The notes beneath the pieces were generated by a model. The model was not told the DNA's origin. It did no database searches and was given only the letters and a program-made list of their open reading frames with translations. The position numbers and the translations under genes are program-made. From positions 185,019-249,018 of the forward strand of contig DFEZ01000002.1 in assembly GCA_002369415.1 (NCBI GenBank): a stretch of DNA of 64,000 nucleotides, in the 5' to 3' direction. This document shows, piece after piece, positions 1 through 8,899 of this stretch. How positions within the stretch are numbered: the stretch's first letter is position 1; every line of letters starts with the position of its first letter. Source of the DNA: Bacillales bacterium UBA3789. Its GTDB lineage: Bacteria > Bacillota_I > Bacilli_A > RF39 > UBA660.

Positions 1-999
1 CAAACTGTTTGGTATGTAATTGGTTGGATTTTAGTAGTTATTTTATTAAAACTAAAGAATGAATACTTGTATAGAAATTCTTGGGTATTATATATACTTG
101 GAAATATATCCCTACTTGGTTTACTTCTATTTGCAGAGCCTATTAACAATAGTAGATGCTGGTATGTAATTCCTGGTATTGGTAGTATTCAACCTTCTGA
201 ATTTATGAAGATATTTATTATGATTACTCTAGCAACAATGATTCATAATTTTAGAATGAAATATGACAATCCAACTATGAAGGATGAATTTAAGTTTATA
301 CTTAGTACTTTGATTATTGTACTTATTCCATCTATTTTAACTTTCTTACAACCGGATACAGGAAGTGTAATTATTTATTTAACAATATATATTTCTATGC
401 TATTTATTAGTGGTATTAGATTTAGATGGTTTATTATAGGTGGTGTTTTATTAGTACTATTATTAGGTGGAATCTTTGGACTTTATTTCTTTAAAGAAAA
501 TATATTTATAAAAGTATTTGGAAGTTCAATTTACTATAGATTAGATAGAATATTTAATTGGAGTAATGGTTCTGGTTTACAGCTTGAAAATGCGCTTGCT
601 GCTATAGGATCAGCTGGATTATTTGGACATGGATTTAATAATACTCCAATCTATTTCCCAGAAGCATCTACTGATTTCATATTTGCAGTTTTTGCAAGTA
701 ACTTTGGTTTGGTTGGAGTAATTATTCTACTCGCAATCATTATCTTTTTAGATATCAATATAATTCTTTTATCTAGAAAGAAAATAGAAGACACTGATAA
801 ATATATTGTTTCTGGAATAATAGGAATGCTAATTTTTCAACAAATACAAAATATTGGAATGACTATTGGACTATTACCTATTATGGGTATTACTCTTCCA
901 TTTGTTTCTTATGGAGGAAGTAGTTTACTTTCATATATGTTACTTGTTGGAATACTACTTAATATTTCACAAAAGAAAAAAAGAACTTATAAATATTAA
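1..999 (+). CDS. SEDS-family peptidoglycan glycosyltransferase (FtsW/RodA), 5'-partial; the gene begins upstream of the window
   Basis: The frame is open from nt 1 (QTVWYVIGW... precedes the listed TTG start at 67). The protein is polytopic and has the SEDS C-terminal region (GLLPIMGITLPFVSYGGSSLLS). Confidence 0.8.
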   Translation, partial: QTVWYVIGWILVVILLKLKNEYLYRNSWVLYILGNISLLGLLLFAEPINNSRCWYVIPGIGSIQPSEFMKIFIMITLATMIHNFRMKYDNPTMKDEFKFILSTLIIVLIPSILTFLQPDTGSVIIYLTIYISMLFISGIRFRWFIIGGVLLVLLLGGIFGLYFFKENIFIKVFGSSIYYRLDRIFNWSNGSGLQLENALAAIGSAGLFGHGFNNTPIYFPEASTDFIFAVFASNFGLVGVIILLAIIIFLDINIILLSRKKIEDTDKYIVSGIIGMLIFQQIQNIGMTIGLLPIMGITLPFVSYGGSSLLSYMLLVGILLNISQKKKRTYKY

Positions 1000-1007
1000 G
1001 TTCTTTT

Positions 1008-2012
1008 TTATTGTTTTAATACTTCTTCATATACTTCTCTTAGTTGTTTTCCTATTTTTTTGATATCTCTTTCTTCTGCAACTTTATAGGCTTTTTCACC
1101 AAGATTTGGTAATTCATTATTCATTATCTTTTTTATTTTGTCATAGAATTCATCTATATCTTTTGCTTTGTAAACATTAACTCCATCTTCAAGCCATCCT
1201 TCAAATACTGGTATGTCTCTTATGATTGCAGTTGCTTTGCATGCACATGCTTCAATAATTGGAATTCCTTCTGTTTCTTCAAATGTTGGGAACAAGTATA
1301 TATCACAACCATTCATAGCTTCAACTATTACTTCTTGTTCTACATACCCAGCAAACACTAAGTTATCTAGTTTTGTATTAACTGCTTCTCTTACTGCTTT
1401 TCCTGCTGCAGATAAAGGAGAATATCCAAACCAAATAAATTTATATTCAGGTAGTCGTTTTGCTAATTCTACAAAATCAACTATTCCTTTTCTTTCAATA
1501 TATAATCCTATTCCAACAATTACTTTATCATCTTCAGAATAGTTAAATCTTTCTCTAAATCTTTTTCTTGCATCTTTATCACATTTGAATTTATCTAATT
1601 CTATTCCATTTGAAATAGCATATATTTTTCTATCTATTCCATATCCTTCTAATAGTCTTTTTGAATATGGGGTTGGTGTAATAATAACATCTCCTAAACT
1701 ATAACACTTAATTAACCATTTTTTAAAAGCAGGAGATATTTGTTTGCAAAAAATAAAACCATTTTTAAAGTCTTCTTCTGTGGAGTGAGCATGATACACA
1801 ATTTTTTTGCCTTTTTTCTTTTCTATTTTTGCTAATGCAAAGGAGTTTGGGCCATAGAAATTAATATGTACTATATCAAAATCATCATCTTGTAAATCTG
1901 TAGTGTAATCGATTTTTTCATATTCTAAGGCTCTCATTTGATGTTTAATAGCTTTACCTAAACCACTTTTTGAAAATAATTTTTCACCCTCTGTATATAG
2001 TAAAACTTTCAT
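1008..2012 (-). CDS. GT-B fold glycosyltransferase, family 4 type (possible glycolipid or glycosyl-DAG synthase)
   Basis: 334 aa with an N-terminal Rossmann half and a C-terminal GT1/GT4-like half (EGIPIIEACACKATAI...). It is convergent with the SEDS gene. Confidence 0.7.
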   Translation of the reverse strand: MKVLLYTEGEKLFSKSGLGKAIKHQMRALEYEKIDYTTDLQDDDFDIVHINFYGPNSFALAKIEKKKGKKIVYHAHSTEEDFKNGFIFCKQISPAFKKWLIKCYSLGDVIITPTPYSKRLLEGYGIDRKIYAISNGIELDKFKCDKDARKRFRERFNYSEDDKVIVGIGLYIERKGIVDFVELAKRLPEYKFIWFGYSPLSAAGKAVREAVNTKLDNLVFAGYVEQEVIVEAMNGCDIYLFPTFEETEGIPIIEACACKATAIIRDIPVFEGWLEDGVNVYKAKDIDEFYDKIKKIMNNELPNLGEKAYKVAEERDIKKIGKQLREVYEEVLKQ

Positions 2013-2050
2013 TTTCTCATCTCCATTATGATTATTATATCTTACGAATT

Positions 2051-2080
2051 AAAAAAAGACAAGTTATGTACTTGTCTATT
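2051..2080 (-). terminator. Intrinsic terminator at the PrsW-family gene stop
   Basis: On the minus strand the hairpin is GACAAGT-ACATA-ACTTGTC followed by TTTTTTT. Confidence 0.5.
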
Positions 2081-2867
2081 GCTTTGTTCCACAGTTTCCG
2101 CAGAAATCTCCTCTTATTGGAGCTCCACACTTTTTACAGAATTTATTTTGATATCTAAATTTTCTATTAGCTTCTGCCATAAATTTTAATTTTTTTATTG
2201 AAATTACATATAAGAAAATTACAAATACTAAGAATACTATTAGTAAAATATTATAACCAGACATTATACAGAAATCATATATTCCATGTAGAACTGTTGG
2301 TATTAAAATACTTAGTATCATATTTTTTCTTTCTGATTCTTTATCTTTTCTTTCAGCATATTGTTTAGCAATACTTAAATAGTATCCCATGAATACTGCA
2401 TCACATGCATGAGCAGGTACTGCAGAAATTGCTCTTAAGATTGCTGTTGATAATTTAACATTTGACATTACATATAGAATGTTTTCTACAAAAGCAAATC
2501 CTAATGATACAAATATTGCATATACAATTATGTCATATATTTCATCAAATTCTTTATGATTATATCCTATGAATCTTACCATTATCCATTTACTTAATTC
2601 TTCTAATAATGCAACACCTATAAAAGCATAGAACACAACTTGAAGAAATGACATATCGGATAAATCTGAACCCATGAATGGAATGAATTTATCCATCAGC
2701 GCTGATAGTATTAGTACTAAAATACAAGATCCAAATCCGGATACAAACAGTATTAATAACAAGTGTAGTGGTTCTTTTGACTTATCTTTGTTATATACAA
2801 ATACTAGTATTAATATAACCGGTAATATAGCTAAGAAAAGCAACAAACCAATTTTTGTTAAATCCAT
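2076..2867 (-). CDS. PrsW-family intramembrane metalloprotease with a C-terminal zinc-ribbon
   Basis: Multi-TM protein with the EELSKW motif and a C-terminal CKKCG...CGNCG ribbon. I moved the start to MDLTKIG at 2867 because it is preceded by GGTGATGA. The track ORF extends to 2957. Confidence 0.7.
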   Translation of the reverse strand: MDLTKIGLLLFLAILPVILILVFVYNKDKSKEPLHLLLILFVSGFGSCILVLILSALMDKFIPFMGSDLSDMSFLQVVFYAFIGVALLEELSKWIMVRFIGYNHKEFDEIYDIIVYAIFVSLGFAFVENILYVMSNVKLSTAILRAISAVPAHACDAVFMGYYLSIAKQYAERKDKESERKNMILSILIPTVLHGIYDFCIMSGYNILLIVFLVFVIFLYVISIKKLKFMAEANRKFRYQNKFCKKCGAPIRGDFCGNCGTKQ

Positions 2868-2992
2868 TTCATCACCCACTTTTATCCTATAAATAAGTAT
2901 AACACGTTTTTTCTTATATTTCTTTTGTTTTGATTTAATTTCCCCAACTTTACACAAAAAAACTCAACCAATTGGCTGAGTTATTTTTATAA

Positions 2993-3069
2993 TGGTGTCC
3001 GCGAGGCGACTCGAACGCCTGACCGATCGCTTAGAAGGCGATTGCTCTATCCAGCTGAGCTACGCAGAC
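2993..3069 (-). tRNA. tRNA-Arg (anticodon TCT)
   Basis: The reverse complement, GTCTGCGTAGCTCAGCTGGATAGAGCAATCGCCTTCTAAGCGATCGGTCAGGCGTTCGAGTCGCCTCGCGGACACCA, folds as a cloverleaf with a CCA end. The anticodon loop is CTTCTAA. An upstream TTGTTT-N17-TATAAT promoter lies at about 3085-3115. Confidence 0.9.
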
Positions 3070-3137
3070 ATGTTTCAACTGACAACTAAGATTATAATAC
3101 AAAAACCATTGAAAAACAAGTCTTTTTTAATAAAATA

Positions 3138-3170
3138 AAAAAAGAATATTCTTTTTTAGAATATTCTTAA
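3138..3170 (-). terminator. Bidirectional intrinsic terminator after the DUF5684-like gene
   Basis: AAGAATATTC-TTTTTTA-GAATATTCTT palindrome flanked by A and T runs. Confidence 0.5.
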
Positions 3171-3790
3171 TTTAATTTGTTTCCGCATTTTTCGCAGAAT
3201 CCTGAGCCAGCTGGGTTACTTGCTCCACATTGTGGACAGAAGTTTCCTCCTGCTGCTGGTGCTGCAGGTGCAGCTGGAGCTGCTTTATTTGCAGCTAATG
3301 AGCCAAGAATTGGATCTTTCATTGGTTTTGGTCCAACGTATTCAGCTTTTCCAAATCCTAAGATTGGATAGAAAATTACATTTAAGAATAATAATCCAAT
3401 TCCAAATCCGGTATCTTTTCCAAATGATTGAGCAACACTAATACTTAAGATTACTGTATAGTAAATAGATGCTGCATAAGCTGCTAAAGATAGAAGTGAT
3501 CCTACTCCTTCAGCTACTCCACTAACCATTCCAACAACAAAAGAGATACCAAAGATAGCAAGTGGATAGAATTCCCAAATTCCAACTATTTTACATAAAA
3601 CCATGTCACTGTAAATTGGAATGATAGCTTTCCATCCTTCTTCTCCTGCTTTTGTAAAGATTTTCCATCTAGCAATAATAAGAATTACACCTACTATTAT
3701 ACCAATTACTATAATAAATCCTAATACTGCAATTAATCCAGCGATGATTCCTTCAGCTCCTGTTGGTTCATAATTGTAATTATATGTCAT
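3167..3790 (-). CDS. DUF5684-like multi-TM membrane protein with a C-terminal zinc-ribbon
   Basis: The ARWKIFTKAGEEGWKAIIP motif and 4-5 TM helices, an Ala/Pro linker, and a C-terminal CPQCG...CEKCG ribbon. Confidence 0.55.
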   Translation of the reverse strand: MTYNYNYEPTGAEGIIAGLIAVLGFIIVIGIIVGVILIIARWKIFTKAGEEGWKAIIPIYSDMVLCKIVGIWEFYPLAIFGISFVVGMVSGVAEGVGSLLSLAAYAASIYYTVILSISVAQSFGKDTGFGIGLLFLNVIFYPILGFGKAEYVGPKPMKDPILGSLAANKAAPAAPAAPAAGGNFCPQCGASNPAGSGFCEKCGNKLN

Positions 3791-3802
3791 TATTTCACCT
3801 CC

Positions 3803-5068
3803 TTATCCATTTATTTTTTCGATTGCCTTCATCAATCCTAATTTACCATATGGATATGTCAATGATCCTTGCATGTAAGCAATATATGGTTCTCTTATTG
3901 GACCATCACAAGAAAGTTCAATAGAAGATCCTTGAGTGAATGACCCACTTGCCATAATGATCTTATCTTCATATCCAGGCATATCTCCAGGTTCTACAGT
4001 AGCATTTGAATCTATTGCAGATCCTTCTTGTATGCCTCTAGTAAATTCTATAAGTTTATTTGGATCTCTAAATACAATGTTTTGAACAATATCTACTCTT
4101 TCATCATTATATTTAGGTTCCACTTCGTAGCCTAATTCTTCTAGTACTTTACTAGTAAGAACTGCTGTTTTTAAGGCACTTGCAACTACATTTGGTGCAA
4201 GATATATTCCTTGTAATATTAACTTGTTAATTCCTAAAGTTGGTCCTACTTCTCTACCTTCTCCAGGAAGTGTTAATCTTTCTCCACAAAGATTTATTAA
4301 ATCGTGTCTTCCTGCTATATAGGCACCATTTGGAGCAATTCCTCCACCTAAGTTCTTAATAAGTGATCCTACCATTACATCTGCTCCTACTTCAGTTGGT
4401 TCTTTATCACTTACAAATTCACAGTAACAGTTATCTACCATTACTATAACATTACTATCTATTTCCTTAATTAATTTAATTGCTTTCTCTACTTTATCTA
4501 TACTTATACTTTTTCTTGTAGAATAACCTTTACTTCTTTGAATTTCTACAACTTTAACTTTATGAGTAGTTAGATATTCTCTAATACTATTATAATCGAA
4601 ATCATCATTAATTAATTCAATTTGATCATATTTAATACCAAAACTAATTAATGAACTTGGATTTTCTTTTATTCCAATTACTTCGTCCAATGTATCATAT
4701 GGTTTTCCACTTATACTAAGTAATAAATCTCCAGGTCTTAATAATGAAAAGAAGCATACATTTAGTGCATGAGATCCTGATACAAATTGATTTCTTACAA
4801 TTGCATCTTCTGCTCCTAAAACATCTTTAAATATATGTTCAATTGTTTCTCTTCCAAAATCATTATAACCGTATCCAGTTGTTTCATTAAAACATGATTC
4901 TGTTACTCCATTTTTATGAAAAGCACTTAATACTTTTAGACTGTTTTTTTCACAGGATTTATCTATTTTATTAAATACTTCTTTTACCTCTTCTTCACAT
5001 TTATTTACTAATTCAATTGTTTTATTACTAATTCCTAATAATTCATACATTTTAATAACTGCCTCCAT
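3803..5068 (-). CDS. PLP-dependent Cys/Met-metabolism enzyme of the YnbB / aluminium-resistance family
   Basis: 421 aa. The protein shows the characteristic family motifs of this methionine gamma-lyase-like group; the assignment is family-level only. Confidence 0.7.
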   Translation of the reverse strand: MEAVIKMYELLGISNKTIELVNKCEEEVKEVFNKIDKSCEKNSLKVLSAFHKNGVTESCFNETTGYGYNDFGRETIEHIFKDVLGAEDAIVRNQFVSGSHALNVCFFSLLRPGDLLLSISGKPYDTLDEVIGIKENPSSLISFGIKYDQIELINDDFDYNSIREYLTTHKVKVVEIQRSKGYSTRKSISIDKVEKAIKLIKEIDSNVIVMVDNCYCEFVSDKEPTEVGADVMVGSLIKNLGGGIAPNGAYIAGRHDLINLCGERLTLPGEGREVGPTLGINKLILQGIYLAPNVVASALKTAVLTSKVLEELGYEVEPKYNDERVDIVQNIVFRDPNKLIEFTRGIQEGSAIDSNATVEPGDMPGYEDKIIMASGSFTQGSSIELSCDGPIREPYIAYMQGSLTYPYGKLGLMKAIEKING

Positions 5069-5789
5069 CTACTCTGATTATTGAATCATTTACATAATTT
5101 GCTTTTGAACTTGCTAAAAAGACTATTACTTTACTAATCTCTTCTGGTTCAGCAAATCTTCCTAATAATATTTTTTTCTTTTCTTCTACAATTTGTTCTA
5201 TACTTAAATCTTTATTCATATCTGTTTTAGTCCATCCAGGACATACACAATTTACTGTGATAAATGGAGCAAATTCTCTTGCTAGATTGTGAGTTAATGA
5301 TATAACTCCTGCCTTAGATGCATCATAGTCACAACTTTCTGGATAGAATGTATCTATTGCGTTAGTAGATGCAATATTAATAATTTTTCCTTTTTTGGCA
5401 TTTAACATTACTTTTCCTACATATTTACTACATAGATATGTTCCAATTAAATTTACATCTAAAATTCTTTGGAATTCTTTAATGTTTTTATCTAGTAATA
5501 AGCTATCTCTACTTACTCCTGCATTATTTACTAAGATATCTATTCCACCGAATCTATCTACTATTTCATTAACCATTTGCTCTACTTCTTCTTCTTTTGA
5601 AACATCACACTTTACTGTCATAACATTTACATTATATGTTTCACTAATATACTTTTCTAATTTTTCTGCTTCTGCTTTATGATGACAATAGTTAATGACA
5701 ACATCTACTCCTGCTTTAGCAAATTCTTCAATACAGCTTTTTCCTATTCCCCTATTGCTTCCTGTTACTAAGGCAACTATTCTTTTCAT
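5052..5789 (-). CDS. SDR-family oxidoreductase (FabG-like 3-oxoacyl reductase fold)
   Basis: TGSNRGIG glycine motif, NNAG, and the catalytic S...Y...K spacing. Its stop overlaps the start of the following gene by 17 nt. Confidence 0.8.
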   Translation of the reverse strand: MKRIVALVTGSNRGIGKSCIEEFAKAGVDVVINYCHHKAEAEKLEKYISETYNVNVMTVKCDVSKEEEVEQMVNEIVDRFGGIDILVNNAGVSRDSLLLDKNIKEFQRILDVNLIGTYLCSKYVGKVMLNAKKGKIINIASTNAIDTFYPESCDYDASKAGVISLTHNLAREFAPFITVNCVCPGWTKTDMNKDLSIEQIVEEKKKILLGRFAEPEEISKVIVFLASSKANYVNDSIIRVDGGSY

Positions 5790-5810
5790 TTTATCACTCC
5801 ATTTTTATTT

Positions 5811-6242
5811 TTATTCCATTGAAGATAAATTATAATTTTCTAAATATCCTTCCAATTCACTTTTATTATTAATGTTAACCAAACTAGAACGTAATTTTCC
5901 TTTTTCAACGATCATTACTGTTGGTTCAACAATATCATTTCTAGATATTTCTAATTTATGTATTATTGTACCATAATATCTTTCGGAATCCGTCTTTACT
6001 TCTTCAAATTTAATATTATTATCTTTTAGAATTTCTTTTGTTTCTTTACAATAATCACATTCTGTCTTTGTGAATAGAATTACAAATGATTCTTCTTTAT
6101 CAACTTTTTCTATAATCTTAGTTTCTACTCTTCCAAATTTTGTCATAAAAACTGCAAGTCCTGGAATAAAGAATAATATAAAGATAAATATTCCTAAAAG
6201 AATTTTATTTCTTAAACTTCTTATTTCATCTTCTGCTTCCAT
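5811..6242 (-). CDS. Membrane-anchored thioredoxin/glutaredoxin-like protein (CDYC motif)
   Basis: N-terminal TM helix followed by a thioredoxin-fold region with a CxxC motif (TECDYCKETKE). The ATG overlaps the stop of the upstream gene by 1 nt. Confidence 0.5.
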   Translation of the reverse strand: MEAEDEIRSLRNKILLGIFIFILFFIPGLAVFMTKFGRVETKIIEKVDKEESFVILFTKTECDYCKETKEILKDNNIKFEEVKTDSERYYGTIIHKLEISRNDIVEPTVMIVEKGKLRSSLVNINNKSELEGYLENYNLSSME

Positions 6243-8554
6243 TATATCCCTCTTCCTTTAGCGGTTACTGTTTGATCTTCAGATTCTTGTTTTTTCTTGT
6301 CTTCAAGTTCTTGTTTTTTTGCTGCAAACTGCTTTTTAGTCCAACCAAATACTGGATGGAATGTATCATTTTCAGTAACCATGTTTTCACCTAATTCATT
6401 AAGATAGGATTCTCTTTCCACAATTTCAACTACAGATAATCTTAAAATTCCACAACTATTCTTTAAAGTTGGTAAAACCTTTTTACCATTTAAATAACTT
6501 AATACTGATAATAAATGTTTTTTATCACAAATAATAACTAATGGTAAAAGGTATTCATCTCCATAATGTTTTTTTACAAATATAATTGTGTCTTCTAATT
6601 CACTTGCTTTTTTTCTAAAGATTGTTCCTGTTATTTCAATATTATATTTAATACATAATTCTAATATTTTTCTAACTTCATTTGGTTTTTTATTGAATGC
6701 ATTTGGTGCTGGTTTTTGATGAAGAAGTTCCATATAAATATTATTAATATCCTCAATCTCTTTAGGAGTTCTTTTAAATACTGATCCTTTAGGTGGTATT
6801 CCTAATTCATTACATTTATTAACAATATCTATAAACTCTTTAGGTTCTTTTCTAAATGTACTTCCTGTTACAGGAATGTTATTTTCTCTACATATTAATA
6901 TTATTTCTTCTACTTCTTCAGGATGTCTTTTAAACATAGATTCACAATAATCTTCTCCATATTTTTCACAAATATCCATTATATCTTCTATTTCATCTTT
7001 TGTTCTAAAAAGCATAGAAGCTGTTAAAGTAAGATTATTACCTTTACAATAATCGATTATATCTTGTAACTCACTAGAAGTTCTTTGAAAGAATGCTCCT
7101 GTGACTTTAATATTATTTGCCCTACATATATGAATAATCTTAATTATTTCTTGTGGAGGTTGTGAGAACATATTACCTGATAGTTCTACTCCTTCTATTT
7201 GACAAATACTAATAATATTCTTTATTTCTTCTGGTGATTTCATTAGAGCTGATGCAGTAAATGGAATATTGTTTCTTTTAAATATTGTATATACTTGATC
7301 TAACACTTGAGGAGATCTTTGAAAGATTCCACCAGTAATTGGTATTTTTTTCTTTCTACACATATCAACTATTTTCTTTACTTCATCTGGTGTTCTATGA
7401 AACATTGTTATTTCTAGTTTTATTTTTTCATCTTTACAATATAGTACAATATCTTCTATTTCTTTAGCAGTTCTATAAAAGATTGTTCCTTCTTTTTTTA
7501 ATCCGTATTTTTCACATACTTTGAAGGCTTCTTTTAGTTCTTCTACTCCTTTTTTAAAGAAACTTCCTGTTATATCTTTTATTCCTTCTGATTGACATAA
7601 GTCTATTATTTTTTCTACTTCATGTGAATCTTTAGAGAACATTGAATTATTTAATTCTACATGTTTTCTATTACATACTTCTATTATTCTTCTTATTTCT
7701 TCTGGTGTTGTTCTAAACATAGAAAGTGTTAATTCTAAATCAAATTCATCACATATTTCTAATAAATCATTTACATATCCAGGATCTTTTCTAAATACTA
7801 CTCCTGAAACATCTAAATTGTTTTCTCTACAACTTTCTACTATTCCTTTAAATGATTCTAATGAGCAAGAAAACATACTATTAGCAATTGTAATATTATT
7901 TTCTAATGCATATTCATATAATTCTCTTAATGTATCACTATTTTTATGGAATAGACTTCCTGTAATATTTATATTATGTTCTTTAGCAAATCTTATTATT
8001 TTTTTTACTTCCACAGGAGGTTGTTTAAAAATAGTACTTGTTATCTTTACTCCATTATCTAAACATATACCAATGATTTCTCCTATTTCAGATACTGCTC
8101 TATTAGTTATACATGCTCCTAACAAAGTTTCATTATCTAAGTATTTACCATAATGTTCTTTTATTGTTTCTATTCTTTCTTTTGGTATTCTTAATATTGT
8201 TGTATTTCTATTTATACATTCTGCTCCAAAGGTACTTTCTACATAATTATATGTATCAACAAGATCTTCTGTATCCATAGATAATATATGTAGACAGGAA
8301 TCTAAGTTATAACTATATATATCTTTTTGACTTAAAAAATTATAATTTGCTTTTACTGATGATACTTTTCTATATAAAACACTTGGGCATTTTTCTATAT
8401 TTTTTGGGCTGATGTTTAATTCATTAATTAAGTAATCTAATATATAATCCACTTCATAATATCTTGCTTTTTCATCTAGTTGAGATAGTCTTTCTTTTGA
8501 AAAAGATAGATTATATTTCTTTAATACTTTTCTTAATTCTAGGCTATTATTCAT
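6242..8554 (-). CDS. mTERF-like helical tandem-repeat protein (about 24 repeats of 26 residues with a conserved Cys)
   Basis: The N-terminus has mTERF-like motifs (ISPKNIEKCPSVLYRKVSSVKANYNFL). The remainder is the repeated unit [TS]Gx[FM]FxRxPxE[IV]xxI[IV]xxCxxxxIx[VL]. Confidence 0.5.
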   Translation of the reverse strand: MNNSLELRKVLKKYNLSFSKERLSQLDEKARYYEVDYILDYLINELNISPKNIEKCPSVLYRKVSSVKANYNFLSQKDIYSYNLDSCLHILSMDTEDLVDTYNYVESTFGAECINRNTTILRIPKERIETIKEHYGKYLDNETLLGACITNRAVSEIGEIIGICLDNGVKITSTIFKQPPVEVKKIIRFAKEHNINITGSLFHKNSDTLRELYEYALENNITIANSMFSCSLESFKGIVESCRENNLDVSGVVFRKDPGYVNDLLEICDEFDLELTLSMFRTTPEEIRRIIEVCNRKHVELNNSMFSKDSHEVEKIIDLCQSEGIKDITGSFFKKGVEELKEAFKVCEKYGLKKEGTIFYRTAKEIEDIVLYCKDEKIKLEITMFHRTPDEVKKIVDMCRKKKIPITGGIFQRSPQVLDQVYTIFKRNNIPFTASALMKSPEEIKNIISICQIEGVELSGNMFSQPPQEIIKIIHICRANNIKVTGAFFQRTSSELQDIIDYCKGNNLTLTASMLFRTKDEIEDIMDICEKYGEDYCESMFKRHPEEVEEIILICRENNIPVTGSTFRKEPKEFIDIVNKCNELGIPPKGSVFKRTPKEIEDINNIYMELLHQKPAPNAFNKKPNEVRKILELCIKYNIEITGTIFRKKASELEDTIIFVKKHYGDEYLLPLVIICDKKHLLSVLSYLNGKKVLPTLKNSCGILRLSVVEIVERESYLNELGENMVTENDTFHPVFGWTKKQFAAKKQELEDKKKQESEDQTVTAKGRGI

Positions 8555-8834
8555 CTACACTACTCCATAGATTAAAGTCATTAGATAATTCTTCTAAATA
8601 GTTATCTCCTAAACTATTTATTAGTTCATCTACTTTTTCTTTAAAAATATCTCTTTCTTGTAGAAACATATATGGATATAGTTCGATTACATTTAAAACA
8701 TCTTCTATACCTAAATTATATAGATATTTCATGTTTGCTTTTAATTCATCTATGTTATCACTTATTTCATAGATTGAACTGTTACCATATATCTCTCTAA
8801 TCTTTTCTAAATCTATTTCCATGATATACACCAA
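8547..8834 (-). CDS. Small mTERF-like protein, translationally coupled to the downstream repeat protein
   Basis: 95 aa with an mTERF-like motif (LYNLGIEDVLNVIELYPYMFLQERDIFKEKVDEL). Its stop overlaps the next ATG in the sequence ATGAATAA. Confidence 0.45.
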   Translation of the reverse strand: MVYIMEIDLEKIREIYGNSSIYEISDNIDELKANMKYLYNLGIEDVLNVIELYPYMFLQERDIFKEKVDELINSLGDNYLEELSNDFNLWSSVDE

Positions 8835-8870
8835 CCTATAATAATTTTACTATAAAAAGCAAATTCTTAC

Positions 8871-8899
8871 AATTAAAAAAAGGATTATAATAATCCTTT
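8871..8899 (-). terminator. Intrinsic terminator downstream of ileS
   Basis: On the minus strand the hairpin is AGGATTAT-TA-TAATCCT followed by TTTTTTT. Confidence 0.6.

Noticed and set aside
1213-1542. Antisense ORFs inside larger genes, for example 1213-1542, 9243-9680, 12232-12543, 14130-14675, 55075-55545 and 22669-23058
   Set aside because: They lie opposite or out of frame to well-supported genes. They are low-complexity products of AT-rich or repeat sequence. 22669-23058 is an alternative frame of the TEPK/PVPP repeats.
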